A stretch of 32,000 nucleotides of DNA from Pseudidiomarina andamanensis (GCF_009734345.1 NZ_CP032551.1:390001-422000), one strand, 5' to 3'; shown: positions 7,508-17,564, numbered from the stretch's first letter. Notes: generated from the letters alone by a model not told the origin. Numbers and translations are program-made.

Positions 7508-8917
7508 ATGAAAGTGGTCACCCGATTTGCCCCAAGTCCTACTGGTTACCTTCACGTTGGTGGTGCGCGTACCGCACTGTACTCTTGGTTGGTTGCGAAA
7601 GCAGCTGGCGGAAAGTTTGTACTGCGTATTGAAGACACAGACCGTGAACGTTCAACTCAACCAGCCATTGATGCCATTTTAGAAGGCATGGAATGGCTAG
7701 GTTTGAATTGGGATGAGGGTCCGTATTATCAAACCAAACGCTTTGATCGTTACGAGCATTACATAGACAAGCTGTTAGAAGAAGATAAAGCGTACAAGTG
7801 TTATTGCTCGACTGAACGTTTGGAACAAATGCGTGAAGACCAAATGGCGCGTGGCGAAAAGCCTCGTTACGATGGTCACTGCCGCGATAACCCGAATGTA
7901 TCTGGCGACAAATATGTGGTGCGCTTCCGTAACCCGCAACAAGGTAGCGTGAAGTTTCATGATCATATTCGCGGGCCAATTGAGTTTGCTAACACCGAAC
8001 TTGATGACTTAATTATTGCACGTAGCGATGGTACGCCAACGTACAACTTCTGTGTGGTTATCGACGATTGGGAAATGAGCATTACGCACGTGGTGCGTGG
8101 TGAAGACCATATTAATAACACACCTCGTCAAATTAATATTTTAAAAGCGCTCGGTGCACCGGTGCCAGAGTATGCGCACGTATCGATGATTTTAGGCGAC
8201 GATGGGAAGAAGTTGTCAAAGCGTCATGGTGCAGTTAGCGTTATGCAATATCGTGACGACGGTTACTTGCCTGAAGCCGTATTAAATTACCTGGTACGTT
8301 TAGGTTGGTCGCACGGTGACCAAGAGATTTTCAGCGTTGATGAAATGGTGAAGTTATTTAGCCTTGATGACGTTAACAAAGCGGCATCGGCATTTAACAC
8401 CGAGAAACTAAATTGGTTGAACCAGCATTACATGAAGTCATTGCCGGTTGAGCGCGTGGTTCCGTATCTGCAATGGCACTTTACTGATCAAGCCATTGAT
8501 GTAAGCCGTGGCCCAGCGCTTGAGAAGCTTATTCCATTGATGGCTGATCGGGTGAAAACACTCAAAGAAATGGCAGAACAAAGCCGTTATTTCTACGAAG
8601 AATACGAAGAATTTGATGAAGCTGCAGCGAAGAAGCATTTGCGTCCGGTCGCTCGCGAAGCGCTGGAAGCGGTGCAAGATCGTCTTGCAAGTCTAGATAT
8701 TTGGAACGCTGCAACGATTCAAGCTGCTATTCAACAGACGGCCGATGATCTTGGCGTTGGTATGGGTAAAGTAGGCATGCCATTGCGTGTTGCTGTTACC
8801 GGTTCGGGTAATTCACCATCACTCGATGTGACCTTAGAATTATTGTCGCAAGAACAAGTGGTAGGACGTATTGCTCGTGCTATTTCGTTTATCATTGAAC
8901 GTGAACAAGCGCAGTAA
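7508..8917 (+). CDS. gltX: Glutamate--tRNA ligase
   Basis: 469 aa. It has a HIGH-type motif ([16 protein letters not shown]) and a KMSKS-type motif (KLSKRHG). It is divergent from a tRNA-Val operon, as in E. coli. Confidence 0.97.
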   Translation: MKVVTRFAPSPTGYLHVGGARTALYSWLVAKAAGGKFVLRIEDTDRERSTQPAIDAILEGMEWLGLNWDEGPYYQTKRFDRYEHYIDKLLEEDKAYKCYCSTERLEQMREDQMARGEKPRYDGHCRDNPNVSGDKYVVRFRNPQQGSVKFHDHIRGPIEFANTELDDLIIARSDGTPTYNFCVVIDDWEMSITHVVRGEDHINNTPRQINILKALGAPVPEYAHVSMILGDDGKKLSKRHGAVSVMQYRDDGYLPEAVLNYLVRLGWSHGDQEIFSVDEMVKLFSLDDVNKAASAFNTEKLNWLNQHYMKSLPVERVVPYLQWHFTDQAIDVSRGPALEKLIPLMADRVKTLKEMAEQSRYFYEEYEEFDEAAAKKHLRPVAREALEAVQDRLASLDIWNAATIQAAIQQTADDLGVGMGKVGMPLRVAVTGSGNSPSLDVTLELLSQEQVVGRIARAISFIIEREQAQ

Positions 8918-8924
8918 CTCGGAA

Positions 8925-8950
8925 AGGGCGCCAGTTTGGCGCCTTTTTTC
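8925..8950 (+). terminator. Intrinsic terminator after gltX
   Basis: GGCGCCAGTTTGGCGCC hairpin (8927-8943) followed by TTTTTT. Confidence 0.75.
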
Positions 8951-8973
8951 TATGTCTCTCAGAGATTAAAAGC

Positions 8974-9606
8974 ATGCAAGATATCGATAAGTTGTTAGCC
9001 AACAACCACGCTTGGGCCACACGGATGCGCGAGCAAGATCCCACATTTTTTAATAATCTAGTGGCGCAACAATCACCCGAATATTTGTGGATTGGTTGTT
9101 CAGATAGCCGAGTTCCGGCAAATCAGGTTGTTGGTATGGCACCTGGAGAATTATTTGTCCACCGCAACGTCGCAAATCAGGTGATTCAAACTGATTTCAA
9201 CTGCTTGTCAGTGGTGCAATATGCAGTTGAAACACTGCATGTTAAGCATATTTTAGTAGTAGGACATTATGGCTGTGGCGGCGTGCGAGCGGCTACCGAA
9301 AGTTGCAGTCATGGGCTTGTTGACCATTGGTTATTTCCGATTAAAGATATTTATCGTATTCACCATGACGAACTTGAAAGCATCGGTGGCGCTAAAGAGC
9401 GTTTGGATAGGCTTTGCGAACTGAATGTGATTGAACAGGTCCGAAATTTGGCGAAGACAACAATCATCCAGCAAGCTTGGGACCGGGGCCAAGAATTAGC
9501 TATTCATGGCTGGGTATATAGTATTGAGGATGGTCTCGTTCGAGACATGGAAGTAACTGTGCGAGATCGCGCATCGTTAGAACGAATTTATCACTTTGAT
9601 GAGTAA
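8974..9606 (+). CDS. can: Beta-class carbonic anhydrase
   Basis: 210 aa. Motifs are …YLWIGCSDSRVP…, HRNVANQV and VVGHYGCGGV (zinc ligands C/H/C), similar to E. coli Can. Confidence 0.9.
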   Translation: MQDIDKLLANNHAWATRMREQDPTFFNNLVAQQSPEYLWIGCSDSRVPANQVVGMAPGELFVHRNVANQVIQTDFNCLSVVQYAVETLHVKHILVVGHYGCGGVRAATESCSHGLVDHWLFPIKDIYRIHHDELESIGGAKERLDRLCELNVIEQVRNLAKTTIIQQAWDRGQELAIHGWVYSIEDGLVRDMEVTVRDRASLERIYHFDE

Positions 9607-9624
9607 TACATAGGCAAAAACCAT

Positions 9625-10236
9625 ATGGTAGAAAATCATTGGGAAGACGTTTATCGAACCAAAGCAGTTGATCGCGTAAGTTGGTTTCAAACCAAGGCTG
9701 AAACTTCGGTGCGCTTAATTGCCGATACCGGTATGAGTCACGAAGCAGCGATTATTGATGTGGGGAGCGGTGCATCGCGACTCGTCGATAATTTACTGGC
9801 TGCAGGTTTTACCGATATTACTGCGCTTGATTTATCAGAAAGTGGATTAGCTGCCTCAAAAAAGCGTCTAAAAGCGAAAGCAGAAGCCATTTCGTGGTTG
9901 GTTGGCGACGTGCTCACGACTGAATTTGCCACGGCACAATTTTCGATTTGGCACGATCGCGCGGTGTTCCATTTTTTAGTGACCGAAGAGCAACAAAGAG
10001 CGTACGTCGAGCAAGCGGCAAAAGCGGTCGAGCAGGGCGGTTACGCAATTATTGCAACGTTCGCCGAAGATGGTCCAGAAAAATGCAGTGGTTTACCGGT
10101 ACAGCGATATTCAGCACAACAATTGGCAGCAGTTTTTGCTGATTATTTCACTTTGGTGCATACCGAACGCGAAAGTCACAGAACACCCAGCGGGTCAGAA
10201 CAAAAGTTTAATTACTGCGTACTTAGACGAAATTGA
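9625..10236 (+). CDS. Class I SAM-dependent methyltransferase
   Basis: 203 aa with motif I VIDVGSGASRL and an acidic residue at the end of beta-2 (ALDLS). The substrate is unknown. Confidence 0.75.
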   Translation: MVENHWEDVYRTKAVDRVSWFQTKAETSVRLIADTGMSHEAAIIDVGSGASRLVDNLLAAGFTDITALDLSESGLAASKKRLKAKAEAISWLVGDVLTTEFATAQFSIWHDRAVFHFLVTEEQQRAYVEQAAKAVEQGGYAIIATFAEDGPEKCSGLPVQRYSAQQLAAVFADYFTLVHTERESHRTPSGSEQKFNYCVLRRN

Positions 10237-10296
10237 TCGGGATTTGTTCGAACTGACGCAAAATTCGGCAAACAATCAAAATTACCAAAAAAAAGG

Positions 10297-10326
10297 TTGA
10301 CGGTAGTGCGCCAATTACCCTAGAAT
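10297..10326 (+). promoter_or_regulatory. Promoter of the tRNA-Ala/Glu operon
   Basis: TTGACG (10297-10302), an 18-bp spacer, TAGAAT (10321-10326), then the GC-rich discriminator TCGCCCCGC. An A8 tract lies upstream and is UP-element-like. Confidence 0.6.
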
Positions 10327-10377
10327 TCGCCCCGCTGTCAGGGTACTGATGCAGCACACGAATTTCAGTGTTGGTGT

Positions 10378-10453
<76 letters not shown>

Positions 10454-10502
10454 AAGCTGCGCTTTACAGTAGTGAAAACTTGATAGTGATTTGTTCTGGT
10501 GC

Positions 10503-10578
10503 GTCCCCTTCGTCTAGAGGCCTAGGACACCGCCCTTTCACGGCGGTAACAGGGGTTCGAATCCCCTAGGGGACGCCA
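10503..10578 (+). tRNA. tRNA-Glu (anticodon TTC), copy 1
   Basis: GTCCCCTTCGTCTAGAGGCCTAGGACACCGCCCTTTCACGGCGG…GGTTCGAATCCCCTAGGGGACGCCA, 76 nt. Confidence 0.95.
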
Positions 10579-10608
10579 CTCTTTGAGTAACCAGAATGTT
10601 TGTCCGGG

Positions 10609-10684
10609 GTCCCCTTCGTCTAGAGGCCTAGGACACCGCCCTTTCACGGCGGTAACAGGGGTTCGAATCCCCTAGGGGACGCCA
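10609..10684 (+). tRNA. tRNA-Glu (anticodon TTC), copy 2
   Basis: Identical sequence, 106 bp after copy 1. Confidence 0.95.
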
Positions 10685-10714
10685 CTCTTTGAGTAACCAG
10701 AATGTTTGTCCGGG

Positions 10715-10790
10715 GTCCCCTTCGTCTAGAGGCCTAGGACACCGCCCTTTCACGGCGGTAACAGGGGTTCGAATCCCCTAGGGGACGCCA
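10715..10790 (+). tRNA. tRNA-Glu (anticodon TTC), copy 3
   Basis: Identical sequence, 106 bp after copy 2. Confidence 0.95.
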
Positions 10791-10794
10791 CTTC

Positions 10795-10980
10795 TTAAGA
10801 AAAAAGCGTTGTTCGTTAGTCGTTATTCGAACGTTCGCTTCGCTCACTCTTCGAAAAACCAAAACCAAAACCAAAACCAAAACCAAAGTCGTTAGTGCTT
10901 TTTTCTATCTTTAACGAACAACGAACAACGAATAACGAATAACGAATAACGAATAACGAATAACGAATAACTATTAACGT
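10795..10980. repeat. Heptad-palindrome intergenic element, copy C, with two microsatellites
   Basis: The left arm GCGTTGTTCGTTAGTCGTTATTCG is followed by (AAAACC)x5 at 10855-10884. The right arm is ACGAACA x2 (10914-10927) plus ACGAATA x6 (10928-10969). T-runs follow the arms on both strands. The tesA stop lies at the right edge. Confidence 0.75.
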
Positions 10981-11597
10981 TTTTGCACTAATTCCAGTAG
11001 GTGCGGTTCCATGATATCGGCGATAAGCGGCTGTGCCTCACGATTCGGATGAATCCCATCTCCTTGCATTAATTCTTCGTTCTCAATAATTTGCTCCATA
11101 AAGAATGGAATCAATGGCACTTGATGCTGCTCAGCGACCGTCGGGAAAATATCGGCGAACATTTCGCTGTAGCGCTGGCCGTAATTCGGCGGAATTCTCA
11201 CCTGACTTAACGCAACTTTAGCGTCCTGCTGTTGCAATTGCATGATAATCTGTACCAAATTGTCTGAGATACTAGCTGGGTTGAAGCCGCGTAGGCCGTC
11301 ATTTCCGCCTAATTCGACGAACACAGCGTCGGGTTGATGTCGTTCAATAACCCCAGCTAAACGATTCAAAGCACCTTGGGTGGTGTCGCCACTGATACTG
11401 GCATTAATGAGCGTAATGTCCGGATATTTTTCGGCCCAGCGTTGTTGCAATACGCCCACCCACGACTCGCTTTGCGCCATGCCATAACCGGCACTCAAGC
11501 TATCGCCTAAAACAACAAGTGAGACATTTGCCGAAACTGGACGTATAACAACGAACAATGCGACGATTACTAACAATTTAGCTAGGAAGTTTTTCAT
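10974..11597 (-). CDS. tesA: SGNH/GDSL hydrolase, acyl-CoA thioesterase I / arylesterase
   Basis: 207 aa with a signal peptide, block I VLGDSLSAGYG, block III GGNDG and block V DGIHPN. It shows the conserved tesA-ybbA-ybbP divergent synteny. Confidence 0.9.
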   Translation of the reverse strand: MKNFLAKLLVIVALFVVIRPVSANVSLVVLGDSLSAGYGMAQSESWVGVLQQRWAEKYPDITLINASISGDTTQGALNRLAGVIERHQPDAVFVELGGNDGLRGFNPASISDNLVQIIMQLQQQDAKVALSQVRIPPNYGQRYSEMFADIFPTVAEQHQVPLIPFFMEQIIENEELMQGDGIHPNREAQPLIADIMEPHLLELVQKR

Positions 11598-11599
11598 AA

Positions 11600-12280
11600 A
11601 TGCTTATTCAAACCACTCAATTAGAAAAAAAAGTTACGACACAAGACGGCATTCTACACATTTTACAGCCAATTGACCTGTCTATTGAAGCAGGTCAAAC
11701 CGTGGCTATTGTTGGTGCGTCAGGCTCTGGTAAATCGACCTTGCTATCTTTACTTGCAGGATTAGACCTCGCAAGTGACGGTGATGTTTCCATAGATAAC
11801 GTAAATTTAGGGAATTTGGATGAGGAGCAGCGTGCAAAAGTGCGTGCTGAAAAAATCGGCTTCATTTTTCAATCGTTCCTATTGATTCCAAGTTTGACAG
11901 CGCTTGAGAACGTGATGCTGCCGGCTGAGTTGGCAGGGCATAAAAATGCAGAGCAACAGGCGCGCGAATTATTAACCAAAGTTGGTTTGGGCGAGCGTTT
12001 GAAGCACTATCCAAATCAATTATCTGGTGGTGAGCAGCAACGCGTAGCCATTGCGCGTGCATTTATTGGTACGCCGAAAATATTGTTTGCTGATGAACCG
12101 ACCGGAAACCTTGATGCGACGACTGGGCATAAAGTTGAAGATTTGTTGTTTGATATGAACAAGGAATCAGGCACCACCTTGGTGATGGTCACGCATGACG
12201 CTGAGTTAGCGAAGCGTTGTCAGCGTATTTTGAAGATGGATGCAGGTCGATTAACCGAGGTAAGTAACGATGTGGCATAA
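11600..12280 (+). CDS. ybbA: ABC transporter ATP-binding protein (YbbA-like)
   Basis: 226 aa with Walker A GASGSGKST, the signature LSGGEQQR and Walker B ILFADEPT. Confidence 0.9.
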   Translation: MLIQTTQLEKKVTTQDGILHILQPIDLSIEAGQTVAIVGASGSGKSTLLSLLAGLDLASDGDVSIDNVNLGNLDEEQRAKVRAEKIGFIFQSFLLIPSLTALENVMLPAELAGHKNAEQQARELLTKVGLGERLKHYPNQLSGGEQQRVAIARAFIGTPKILFADEPTGNLDATTGHKVEDLLFDMNKESGTTLVMVTHDAELAKRCQRILKMDAGRLTEVSNDVA

Positions 12281-14795
12281 GATTTCATGGCGGTTATTGC
12301 GCCACGAGCTTAAGCGCGGTGAGTTGACCATTATGGCAGCGGCAATTGTGCTGTCAGTGACAGCGGTGCTGTCGTTGTCATTATTTACTGAGCGTTTGCA
12401 ATCGGGGCTGCTGGCTCGTAGCGCGGAATTTTTGGCGGCTGACCGAGTTTTGAGCTCACGTCGGCCAATTGCTGACGATTGGCTGCAACAAGCACAACAA
12501 CGTGACTTAAAGACGGCCAACCGAGTTGTGTTCAACAGCATGGCTTTTGCCAAAGATAATTTAGCACTGGTTGATATTAAAGCGGTTAGCGATGGTTATC
12601 CGTTACGCGGTAGTTTGCGGACAGCCTCGGAACCATTCGGTGAAGAAACGACGGTGATTAATCAGTTACCGGGCGAGGGTGAGGCTTGGGTTGCCGCGGC
12701 TTTGTTTCAAGAATTGAAATTGCAGGTCGGCGACACGCTCGAAATCGGACAAAGTAAATTTAAAGTTTCGCGCGTGCTTACGTATGAGCCTGATGTGGGC
12801 TTTTCGGTATTTACTGATAGCCCTAACGTGTTGATTCATTACGATCAGTTAGAAGAAACAGGGTTAATTCAGCCAGGCTCGCGGGTGCGTTTCAACGTAC
12901 TTTTCGCTGGTACAGCAGATCAACTGGATGCTTATTACGAGTGGTTGGCACCGCAACTGAATGACGATACTCATAATTGGCGTAGCATTGAAGATGGTGA
13001 TAGCCCATTAGCCCGCAGTTTACAGCGCGCTGAGCGTTTTATGTTACTAGCGAGTCTGCTTGGTGTGGTATTGGCGGCGACCGCGGTGGCTGTAGCGGCA
13101 CAGCGTTATTGTCAGCGTAACTACGATGTGGTGGCAATCTTCAAAACACTTGGGGCAGACCGTCGACAAATTCAGAGAATTTTCATTCTGCATTTGTTGT
13201 TGCTCACGTTTATCAGCATTGGCGTTGGCTTGTTGCTCGGATGGATAATACAGGCGCAAGTCATTGAATTTGTAGCGTCGCAATTGGGAGCAGAGTTGCC
13301 AGCGGCTGGTTTGAAGCCTTATGTATTAGCTTCGGCAACCGGTTTTGTCAGTGCGGTGATGTTTACGCTGTATCCATTGCTGCGCTTGATCGCCATTCCA
13401 CCTTTACGGGTATTGAACCGTGAGTTGACAGGTACAGATAAACTGCGTTGGTTGCACTGGGTGGCATCAGCGGGAACCATCTATGCGTTGTTGCTGATTT
13501 ACAGTCAACAATGGCTGCTTTCAACGGCGCTATTCGCCGGTGGTGCTGTCGCTGCGGTGCTGCTATTGGCCGTAGGTCGCTTTTTTATACGTGCGAGTCG
13601 TCAGGCTGGTATGCAAGCGGGTAGTGCATGGCGTTTGGCAATGGCTGGTTTACAGCGCCGTGCGCAGGCCAATAGCGTACAGATGTTGAGCTTCTCAACA
13701 GCGATTATGTTGTTGTTATTGGTGTTGGCGCTTCGCAATGAGTTGTTAGCTGATTGGGAACGTCAACTTCCTGATGATGCCCCGAATTACTTTATCGTAA
13801 ATGTGGCGCCAGATGACGTTGATCAGTTGGAGCAGCGCTTTGCTGCACGCGATATTGAATCCAATGATATGTATCCCGTGGTGCCAGGACGGATGACAGC
13901 GGTGAACGGTGTTCCTGTTCGTGATGAAGTCACCAAAGAAGATGGTGGCGATAAAGCGGATACGCAAACCAATAATGCGGAGCAACGTGAAGGTTTTGGT
14001 CGTGAACTTTCGTTAACCTGGCGCGACGATTTGCCACCGAACAATACAATTCTTGCTGGTGAATGGTGGGGTGATAACCCGCAACCGCAAGTTTCAGTTG
14101 AAGAAGAAGTGGCTGAGCGGATGCGCTTGTCGATTGGCGACGAGCTAGAGTTCAATATCGGCGGTAATACGTTTACGGTGCCGGTAACGAGTATTCGTAA
14201 GGTGAACTGGGGTTCGTTGCAGCCGAATTTCTTCATGATATTTAATACCAGTACGCTAGAAGACTTCCCGGCGACGTTTATTTCGAGTTTCAATTTACCG
14301 AAAGAACGGCAAAGCGAACTCTATGAGCTCTTCAAACCGTTCCCCGAAGTGTCATTAATTGATCTCGATGCCATTATGGAGCAATTACGCGAAGTGATTG
14401 ACCAAGTCAGCATTGCGATTGCCTTCGTTTTAGTGCTGGTATTGATTGCGGGCGTGTTAGTGTTGTTGGCGCAGGTACAAGCTTCAATGGAAGAACGTCA
14501 GCAAGAACTGGTGATTCTGCGGACATTAGGTGCTCCAGCGAAGTTATTGAGTCGCAGCGTGACCTATGAGTTTCTTATTCTGGGTGCTATTAGTGGATTA
14601 ATCGCGACATTGGCAATGGAGTTGTCGTTGTGGATTTTGCAGACGCAAGTATTCGAAATGGCGGCAACCATACACTGGCGGTTCTGGCTAGTTGGCCCTC
14701 TAGCTGGTGCGATTGTGGTGGGTACCTTAGGCCGATTAGCTTGCGCTCGATTGGTGCGACGTAACACCGCCCAATTAATTCGCAAGCTTGCTTAA
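12270..14795 (+). CDS. ybbP: ABC transporter permease with FtsX-type domains (YbbP-like)
   Basis: 841 aa. It has two blocks of transmembrane helices separated by large periplasmic domains. The start overlaps the ybbA end by 11 nt. Confidence 0.85.
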   Translation: MWHKISWRLLRHELKRGELTIMAAAIVLSVTAVLSLSLFTERLQSGLLARSAEFLAADRVLSSRRPIADDWLQQAQQRDLKTANRVVFNSMAFAKDNLALVDIKAVSDGYPLRGSLRTASEPFGEETTVINQLPGEGEAWVAAALFQELKLQVGDTLEIGQSKFKVSRVLTYEPDVGFSVFTDSPNVLIHYDQLEETGLIQPGSRVRFNVLFAGTADQLDAYYEWLAPQLNDDTHNWRSIEDGDSPLARSLQRAERFMLLASLLGVVLAATAVAVAAQRYCQRNYDVVAIFKTLGADRRQIQRIFILHLLLLTFISIGVGLLLGWIIQAQVIEFVASQLGAELPAAGLKPYVLASATGFVSAVMFTLYPLLRLIAIPPLRVLNRELTGTDKLRWLHWVASAGTIYALLLIYSQQWLLSTALFAGGAVAAVLLLAVGRFFIRASRQAGMQAGSAWRLAMAGLQRRAQANSVQMLSFSTAIMLLLLVLALRNELLADWERQLPDDAPNYFIVNVAPDDVDQLEQRFAARDIESNDMYPVVPGRMTAVNGVPVRDEVTKEDGGDKADTQTNNAEQREGFGRELSLTWRDDLPPNNTILAGEWWGDNPQPQVSVEEEVAERMRLSIGDELEFNIGGNTFTVPVTSIRKVNWGSLQPNFFMIFNTSTLEDFPATFISSFNLPKERQSELYELFKPFPEVSLIDLDAIMEQLREVIDQVSIAIAFVLVLVLIAGVLVLLAQVQASMEERQQELVILRTLGAPAKLLSRSVTYEFLILGAISGLIATLAMELSLWILQTQVFEMAATIHWRFWLVGPLAGAIVVGTLGRLACARLVRRNTAQLIRKLA

Positions 14796-14807
14796 GTTGT
14801 CGATAAG

Positions 14808-15665
14808 CTACTTCGAAAATGCTTGATCAATGTGTGTTCCGAAAAGTTGCTGCCAATGGGGTTGGTAGTCTTTTCGGAATACGGCAAAATGACCAATGCG
14901 TTTTAGCGCTAAATCAGCAGGAGCAATCACATGGCGTTGCTGTGGAGCACTGGCGTAAAAGTCATGCATGGTTTGAATGTTCTGCACGGTTAGCATCTCG
15001 TCATCGGTAAACCCTAACGCAGTGATCGGGGTGCTGATGCCAGCGTATTGACTGTGTAACTGCTCCGCCCCAACTAAGTACTCCGGATGCAAGCACCAAC
15101 GCCGCCATTGTTGCATGGCGGCAGCCGGCACGTCACCGATAATGCCTAATTTCCGCCCTGGGAAATAACCTCGTAATGGAATTAACCATGGGGTGATGGC
15201 TCGCCATAACAGCCAAGATTTGTACTTCAATTGTGGTTTGGTCGCTTGCCAAAATCCGCTGCCGGTCGCGACGGTTAGCATATGGTTAACCTGCTGATAA
15301 TTCGGAATCATACCAAACAGTTGACCACTGATACTGTGCGCAAACCACAGTAATGGTAGCGACGGACGTTGTGCAATAGCGTAATCAATCACTGCCGCCG
15401 CATCATAGGTTGCCCAATCGGTGACACTGGTATGAATTTGTGCCAGTGGCTTATCAATTGATGCACCAATGCCGTAAAAATCAAAACTAATCACGTCATA
15501 GTACTGTTCGCTGAGCCATTGGCAAAAGTGCTGATAGAAGGCCTGGGGCACTGCCATCGCGGGTGCCATAATAATGACACCGCGTGGATTAGGTGTGTGC
15601 CAGTGATAAGCAATAATGGTTCGATCGGGCGCCGACTGAATTCTGACGCGACGTGGATATTCCAT
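14808..15665 (-). CDS. Alpha/beta-fold hydrolase
   Basis: 285 aa with a nucleophile-elbow-like FAHSISGQ and a C-terminal His region (IGHFAVF). The substrate is unknown. Confidence 0.75.
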   Translation of the reverse strand: MEYPRRVRIQSAPDRTIIAYHWHTPNPRGVIIMAPAMAVPQAFYQHFCQWLSEQYYDVISFDFYGIGASIDKPLAQIHTSVTDWATYDAAAVIDYAIAQRPSLPLLWFAHSISGQLFGMIPNYQQVNHMLTVATGSGFWQATKPQLKYKSWLLWRAITPWLIPLRGYFPGRKLGIIGDVPAAAMQQWRRWCLHPEYLVGAEQLHSQYAGISTPITALGFTDDEMLTVQNIQTMHDFYASAPQQRHVIAPADLALKRIGHFAVFRKDYQPHWQQLFGTHIDQAFSK

Positions 15666-15671
15666 GGGGAG

Positions 15672-15971
15672 TTACGGTAACGCTTTGATGTACGGTTTTA
15701 CGGTAACTTTGGCATAAACACCAGCAGCGAAATAAGGGTCGGCGTCTGCCCAACGCTGGGCTGCTTCTAATGAATCGAATTCGGCCACAACCATTGAGCC
15801 GGTGAAGCCGGCATCACCCGGGTCACTCGATGCGATAGCGGGGCAAGGACCTGCCACGAGCAATCGGCCATCGGCCTTCAGCTGTTGCAAGCGTTCTAAA
15901 TGTGCAGGACGTGTTGCGCGTCGTGCCGCTAACGAGTTTGGCGCATCTTCAGCCCAAATAACAAACCACAT
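15672..15971 (-). CDS. yciI: YciI family protein
   Basis: 99 aa with a typical YciI-like pattern (…RPAHLERL…GRLLVAGP…DPYFAAGVY…). Its ATG overlaps the yciB TAA (TAATG). Confidence 0.85.
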   Translation of the reverse strand: MWFVIWAEDAPNSLAARRATRPAHLERLQQLKADGRLLVAGPCPAIASSDPGDAGFTGSMVVAEFDSLEAAQRWADADPYFAAGVYAKVTVKPYIKALP

Positions 15972-16525
15972 TATTCAATTTCCTCTGCATCTTTTTCACG
16001 ATCGGTGTGATGTTTAAACATATAGGCACCAGAAAACACGCTAAAGATAAGCGTCGCCCCAAGGGTGCCAAATACTTTGAAGTTGACCCAAGCATCTAAA
16101 CTCATCATTTCTGCAATGTAGACGTTGATGATGGCTAATGACAACGAGAACACAACCCATGCGTAGGTGAGACGTCGCCACGCAAACGGTGGGAGATTAA
16201 TCTCGCTATCAAGCATACTTTGCAGCGGACTGCGCTTCTTCCACCACATGCCAATAAGCAAAAACAACGCAATAGCGATATAAATGACGGTGACTTTGAT
16301 CTTCACAAACCATTCATCACGTAGAAACAAAGTGATACTGCCGAAAATAAGCACTGCCCACATGACTATCCAGTGGCGCATGGTCACTGGCTCACGCATA
16401 AATTTCATTACGACAATTTGCATGACCGTACCGACCATCAACACACCGGTCGCGATAAAAATATCGCCAAGTAGGTAAAAAAGAAAAAATAAAATGATTG
16501 GTAAATATTCAAGTACTAACAACAT
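15971..16525 (-). CDS. yciB: Intracellular septation / inner-membrane protein YciB
   Basis: 184 aa with 5 helices. It is alignable by eye to E. coli YciB (…KVTVIY…, …VNFKVFG…). Confidence 0.9.
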   Translation of the reverse strand: MLLVLEYLPIILFFLFYLLGDIFIATGVLMVGTVMQIVVMKFMREPVTMRHWIVMWAVLIFGSITLFLRDEWFVKIKVTVIYIAIALFLLIGMWWKKRSPLQSMLDSEINLPPFAWRRLTYAWVVFSLSLAIINVYIAEMMSLDAWVNFKVFGTLGATLIFSVFSGAYMFKHHTDREKDAEEIE

Positions 16526-16652
16526 GATGATGCCCGTTATATTCTTATTCCCGCAGTGTGCCAGAAAAGTTTGTTAGGTACTAGATTCAAAGACTACACT
16601 TAACCAAAGTAAGCAACGTACCAGTATAGTTTTTCCACAGCGAGAGGCCAGC

Positions 16653-17564
16653 ATGAAAATTTTGATTACAGGTGGCACCGGTTTAATTGGCTCAGCATTA
16701 ATTCCGCACTTATTAACGAATTATCAGGTCACGGTGATTAGTCGTAATCCACAGCGCGCCATTCAGCGTCTTGGTTCGCAAGTGCATGTGATTCGAAGCT
16801 TGGATGAAGTGACCGATATTAGTGATTATTTTGCCGTGATTAACTTGCAAGGCGAGGGTATTGCAGACAAACGTTGGAGTTCTCGGCAAAAGCTTCGCAT
16901 AGAGCAGAGCCGTTGGAATATCACTCGGCATCTCACCGAAGCCATTCAGGCTGCCGCTCAGCCGCCGCAAGTATTTATCAGTGGTTCAGCGATTGGCTAT
17001 TATGGGGCGCAAGGCAGTACGCCCGTAACTGAGGCTACGAAAGTAGAGAAAGATGATTTTGCGCATCATTTATGTGCCGAGTGGGAGCGACTAGCTTTAG
17101 CCGCTGAGTCGGAGCAAACCCGTGTTTGTGTATTGCGCACTGGTGTGGTGTTAGCGCCGAAAGGCGGCGCACTACAGAAGATGTTGCCGCCTTATTTGCT
17201 TGGCCTTGGCGGTCCGTTAGGCGACGGTAAACAAGGGTTTAGCTGGATTCAGCTCGACGATATGGTGGGGATTATTCTGTTTTTACTCGCGAACGAGAGC
17301 GCGCGCGGAATCTATAACGCAACGGCGCCACACCCTGTTGAACAGCGGGAATTTAGTAAAACCGTTGCGAAAGTGTTGCGGAAATCTCACTTTATGCGAG
17401 TGCCTGCATGGGCATTAAAGTTAATGCTTGGCGAAATGTCACAGATGTTACTAACCGGCCAGTTGGTTATTCCTGAGCGTGTGCAACAGGCCGGTTATCA
17501 GTTTAAATATCCAAACGTTGAAGCTGCACTTAAGCGTTGCTTGTTGCCGCCTTCATCGTTTTAA
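16653..17564 (+). CDS. TIGR01777/YfcH-like NAD(P)-binding epimerase family protein (atypical SDR with DUF1731 C-terminus)
   Basis: 303 aa. The N-terminal Rossmann motif is [14 protein letters not shown] and the length and C-terminal pattern are YfcH-like. Confidence 0.8.
   Translation: MKILITGGTGLIGSALIPHLLTNYQVTVISRNPQRAIQRLGSQVHVIRSLDEVTDISDYFAVINLQGEGIADKRWSSRQKLRIEQSRWNITRHLTEAIQAAAQPPQVFISGSAIGYYGAQGSTPVTEATKVEKDDFAHHLCAEWERLALAAESEQTRVCVLRTGVVLAPKGGALQKMLPPYLLGLGGPLGDGKQGFSWIQLDDMVGIILFLLANESARGIYNATAPHPVEQREFSKTVAKVLRKSHFMRVPAWALKLMLGEMSQMLLTGQLVIPERVQQAGYQFKYPNVEAALKRCLLPPSSF

Noticed and set aside
7330-7521. 63-aa minus-strand ORF with a hydrophobic N-terminus between tRNA-Val and gltX
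   Set aside because: It fills the whole divergent promoter region. It starts with a GTG that lies 14 nt inside gltX on the opposite strand, and it has no convincing ribosome-binding site. The A/T-rich promoter DNA can itself explain the hydrophobic translation. It remains unresolved but is not reported as a gene.
10503-10790. A regular 106-bp periodic repeat that might look like a CRISPR-like array
   Set aside because: The repeats are complete tRNA-Glu genes and the spacers are identical to each other, so this is not a CRISPR array.
13823-14293. 156-aa antisense ORF inside ybbP, and similar antisense or alternative-frame ORFs such as 7539-7979 in gltX, 12251-12553, 21559-21879 and 20370-20654
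   Set aside because: All are embedded in well-supported conserved genes, have a Ser/Arg/Pro-rich composition typical of off-frame translation, and lack start signals.
14790-14808. Small inverted repeat GCTTA-N9-TAAGC spanning the 12-bp gap between the convergent ybbP and hydrolase stops
   Set aside because: The stem is only 5 bp with no T-run, which is too weak to call a terminator.
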